Shown piece by piece: positions 61,868 to 64,000 of a DNA stretch of 64,000 nucleotides. Position numbers and translations under genes: made by a program. The stretch comes from the human T2T-CHM13v2.0 reference genome, Homo sapiens, in the NCBI RefSeq assembly GCF_009914755.1, contig NC_060925.1; one strand, given 5' to 3'. How positions within the stretch are numbered: position 1 is the stretch's first letter; each line of letters begins with the position of its first letter. Under the pieces are notes generated by a model that saw only the letters and a program-made list of their open reading frames with translations, searched no databases and was not told where the DNA came from.

Positions 61868-62164
61868 CTGAAGCACCAGGCAGTGAGAACCAGTGAACAG
61901 GGGGTTGAGGCAGCAGTGGGAGGCACAGGAGAGAGAAAGAGAGGGCATTGGCCTTGGGGAGTTGGTGCCTGTTGAGAGAGGCTGTTGGAAGTAGGCTCTA
62001 GAGAAGAGCTCCTGATGGAAGCTATGTGTTCCTGCAGGCTGTGCCCAGGGAAAGGGGCTGAGGATCCTCCACAAGGAAGGAAAAGGGAAGAGTCCAGGCA
62101 GGGATAGGGGCACCAGAAAGAACCATGGTTCTGGGGAAGATGGGCCAGGCGGGGCGGCACTCAC

Positions 62165-62309
62165 CGAGACGAGGGCCTCACAGACGCTGGTGAGCAGGTC
62201 TGGCCGCAGCGAGTGGACTAGCAGCTTGTGCTCTGTGAGCACAGCCAGCAGCAGTGTGATAGCCAGCTCAGGGCCCAGGCTCTGCAGCAGCTGCAGGAAG
62301 CTGGCACCA
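62165..62309 (-). CDS. DENND4B: DENND4B exon, cDENN: [14 protein letters not shown]...EALVS
   Basis: c[14 protein letters not shown] motif; CAG/GTGAG. Confidence 0.95.
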
Positions 62310-62491
62310 CTGCAGGCAATGCCGAGGTGGGGAAAGGGTCACCAGGATACCCTGGGGACCCTTCCCCAGATGCCAGGCACAGCCACCACCTGGACCCAGC
62401 CTGCATAAACCTCAACAGCTGCACCCACCTGCCCAGCACCTACCATGTCCTTGGTCATTAAAGCTCCCCTCCCCACAATCTGATCACATAC

Positions 62492-62550
62492 CTGAGGGGC
62501 AGGGGTGAGGATACAGGCTGACAGAGGAGCAAGTTGTCATAGGGAGACAT
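62492..62550 (-). CDS. DENND4B: DENND4B exon: MSPYDNLLLCQPVSSPLPL
   Basis: Manual translation; CAG/GTATG boundaries. Confidence 0.92.
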
Positions 62551-62634
62551 CTGGAAGGGAAGAAGAGCCACGGCTCAGGGTAATGATGCCAACTCCCCTC
62601 CTTCCATCAGCCCGGCCCCAGCCTCAGCTCTCAC

Positions 62635-62701
62635 CTGCACTAGGATGCGGGGTCTCTGTGGGGAAGGGAAGGGAACGTTGTGAATGAAGTGGGAGATGTG
62701 C
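62635..62701 (-). CDS. DENND4B: DENND4B exon: [22 protein letters not shown]
   Basis: Manual translation; CAG/GTGAG boundaries; phase consistent. Confidence 0.93.
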
Positions 62702-63129
62702 CTGGGGGACAGAGAAACAGGTCAGAGCATACTCCCCCGTCCATCCCTGTCCTCCCTCCACATTTTCTCAGCTCTTTCACTTGTTCTCAAGAACCTTATT
62801 CCTTCCTGAACCCCACTTTGAGACCTGTTATCAGCCAACAGAACCTCCATTATGCATATAATTTGTGCAGATCAGAAAAGAAATCCTCCCTGGGCATACA
62901 CAGCCCTTTGCCAGGACCTAACTAGTAAGTTTAGACTGGATTTCAGGCCCTGCTCCCCTCCTCAGCCCGTGGCGTTTTTACAGTGGATAAACTGTATAAC
63001 CACACACTGCAGCCCTGTCCCTTACCCTGTGCCCAGCCCTCCCCCCACCCACATCTGAATCTCTCCCATCTCTCCTGGCCCCCTTATCCCTTCCTAACCC
63101 CTTCCCAATGGCAGAGGAGCCATGCTCAC

Positions 63130-63374
63130 GCTTCCAAGGGTAGGCGGTGGGGGCCTGAGACGGAGTAGCGGTAAAGGAAGGTGAGGAAGGCGCGGAAGGC
63201 AGGGAAGGCAGGCCAGCGGGACAGCACAGCGATGGCACGCCGGCTGCGCACAGCTCTGCCCCCCAGTGCCCGACCCCGCTCCACGGCGCTCAGCAGGCCC
63301 AGTGCCCGTGCCTGTCGCTCTGATAGCCTGGCCCTTGGGAACGCCTCGTAGAACTGCAGGGCGGCACCATACAC
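63130..63374 (-). CDS. DENND4B: DENND4B exon: VYGAALQFYE...HRLPLE
   Basis: ORF 63126..63740 contains it; CAG acceptor, GTGAG donor. Confidence 0.95.
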
Positions 63375-63447
63375 CTGGCAGGGGGCAGAAGGGTAGTCAG
63401 GCAGGCCCTGCATAGCCTGGACCCCTTGCCACACTCCACACACCCAC

Positions 63448-63617
63448 CTTATCACCAGCTGCACCCGTGAGCACAAAGGTGGAGAAGACGGGCACGGGGT
63501 ACTTGGTCTGGGCAGGCCAGCACTCGATAGTGGCCCCCATGGGCAGGCAGAAGACGGGCACTGACTCGGGCAGCGGGAACGCCTCATTGTCCTCCTCCGG
63601 GTAGCGGCCCAGCAGCT
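63448..63617 (-). CDS. DENND4B: DENND4B exon, uDENN: (E)[27 protein letters not shown]...AGDK
   Basis: Typical uDENN FCLP-G motif; GT-AG; phase matches neighbours. Confidence 0.95.
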
Positions 63618-63816
63618 CTGCACCCCCAGCATAGTTGGGGGTACCCAAAAGGAGCAGGGTCCATCAGACTCCAAGGGAAATGAACCAAGGGATCCCAGAG
63701 AAGGCCCGAGTAGCAAAGAGAAAGTAAACTCTGGGGACACTTAAGGTGCCTGCCAAGAGGCACCAGGGCAAAGGGATGTAGGGTCACAGGATTGGAGGGA
63801 TAAAGGGGCCACTCAC

Positions 63817-63886
63817 CTGCCTCGTACACCAGCGTGTTGGCCTTCGCCAGGCCCACCTTATAGCACAGGTACACTGCTGGGCCCCA
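63817..63886 (-). CDS. DENND4B: DENND4B coding exon (first in window, probably exon 4): WGPAVYLCYKVGLAKANTLVYEA
   Basis: AG/GT boundaries; translation recognised as DENND4B MABP/uDENN region; upstream exons lie beyond the window. Confidence 0.93.
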
Positions 63887-64000
63887 CTACCCCAGAAATG
63901 GCAAGAGACAAGCAGATACATAGCTAACAAAGGTTTCTGGGGTCCACTTTCTCTCTACCACCCCTAAATGTTCTTTTGTCTTTAAAGCTCCCATTAATCC

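Overview
Human genomic DNA, very Alu-dense; the gene pair matches my recollection of chr1q21.3. Right end (about 50.76-63.9 kb, minus strand): 25 coding exons and the 3' UTR of DENND4B, reconstructed with GT-AG boundaries and consistent phases. They cover the DENN module, PPR-like repeats, a 16-Gln tract and a C-terminal Cys cluster. Middle (about 43.1-45.1 kb): a CpG-island promoter with four CCAAT boxes and a non-coding minus-strand first exon, assigned to GATAD2B from gene order only, because no GATAD2B coding sequence is in the window. Left 44 kb: its first intron, filled with Alus, L1M/L2/MIR relics, Tigger/MER DNA-transposon fossils and an RPL30 processed pseudogene. Almost all ORFs in the supplied track outside DENND4B are Alu-derived artefacts. 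I found no new protein-coding system. Best unexplained signals: (1) an Alu-arm + tailless 5S rRNA + unique-flank module from a DENND4B intron copied about 37 kb away and capped by an Alu 3' end; (2) a 62-bp local copy capped the same way; (3) a chimeric three-Alu array that looks like an unequal-crossover fossil; (4) an in-frame, stop-free 297-nt DENND4B intron; (5) a flip in Alu orientation at the CpG island.
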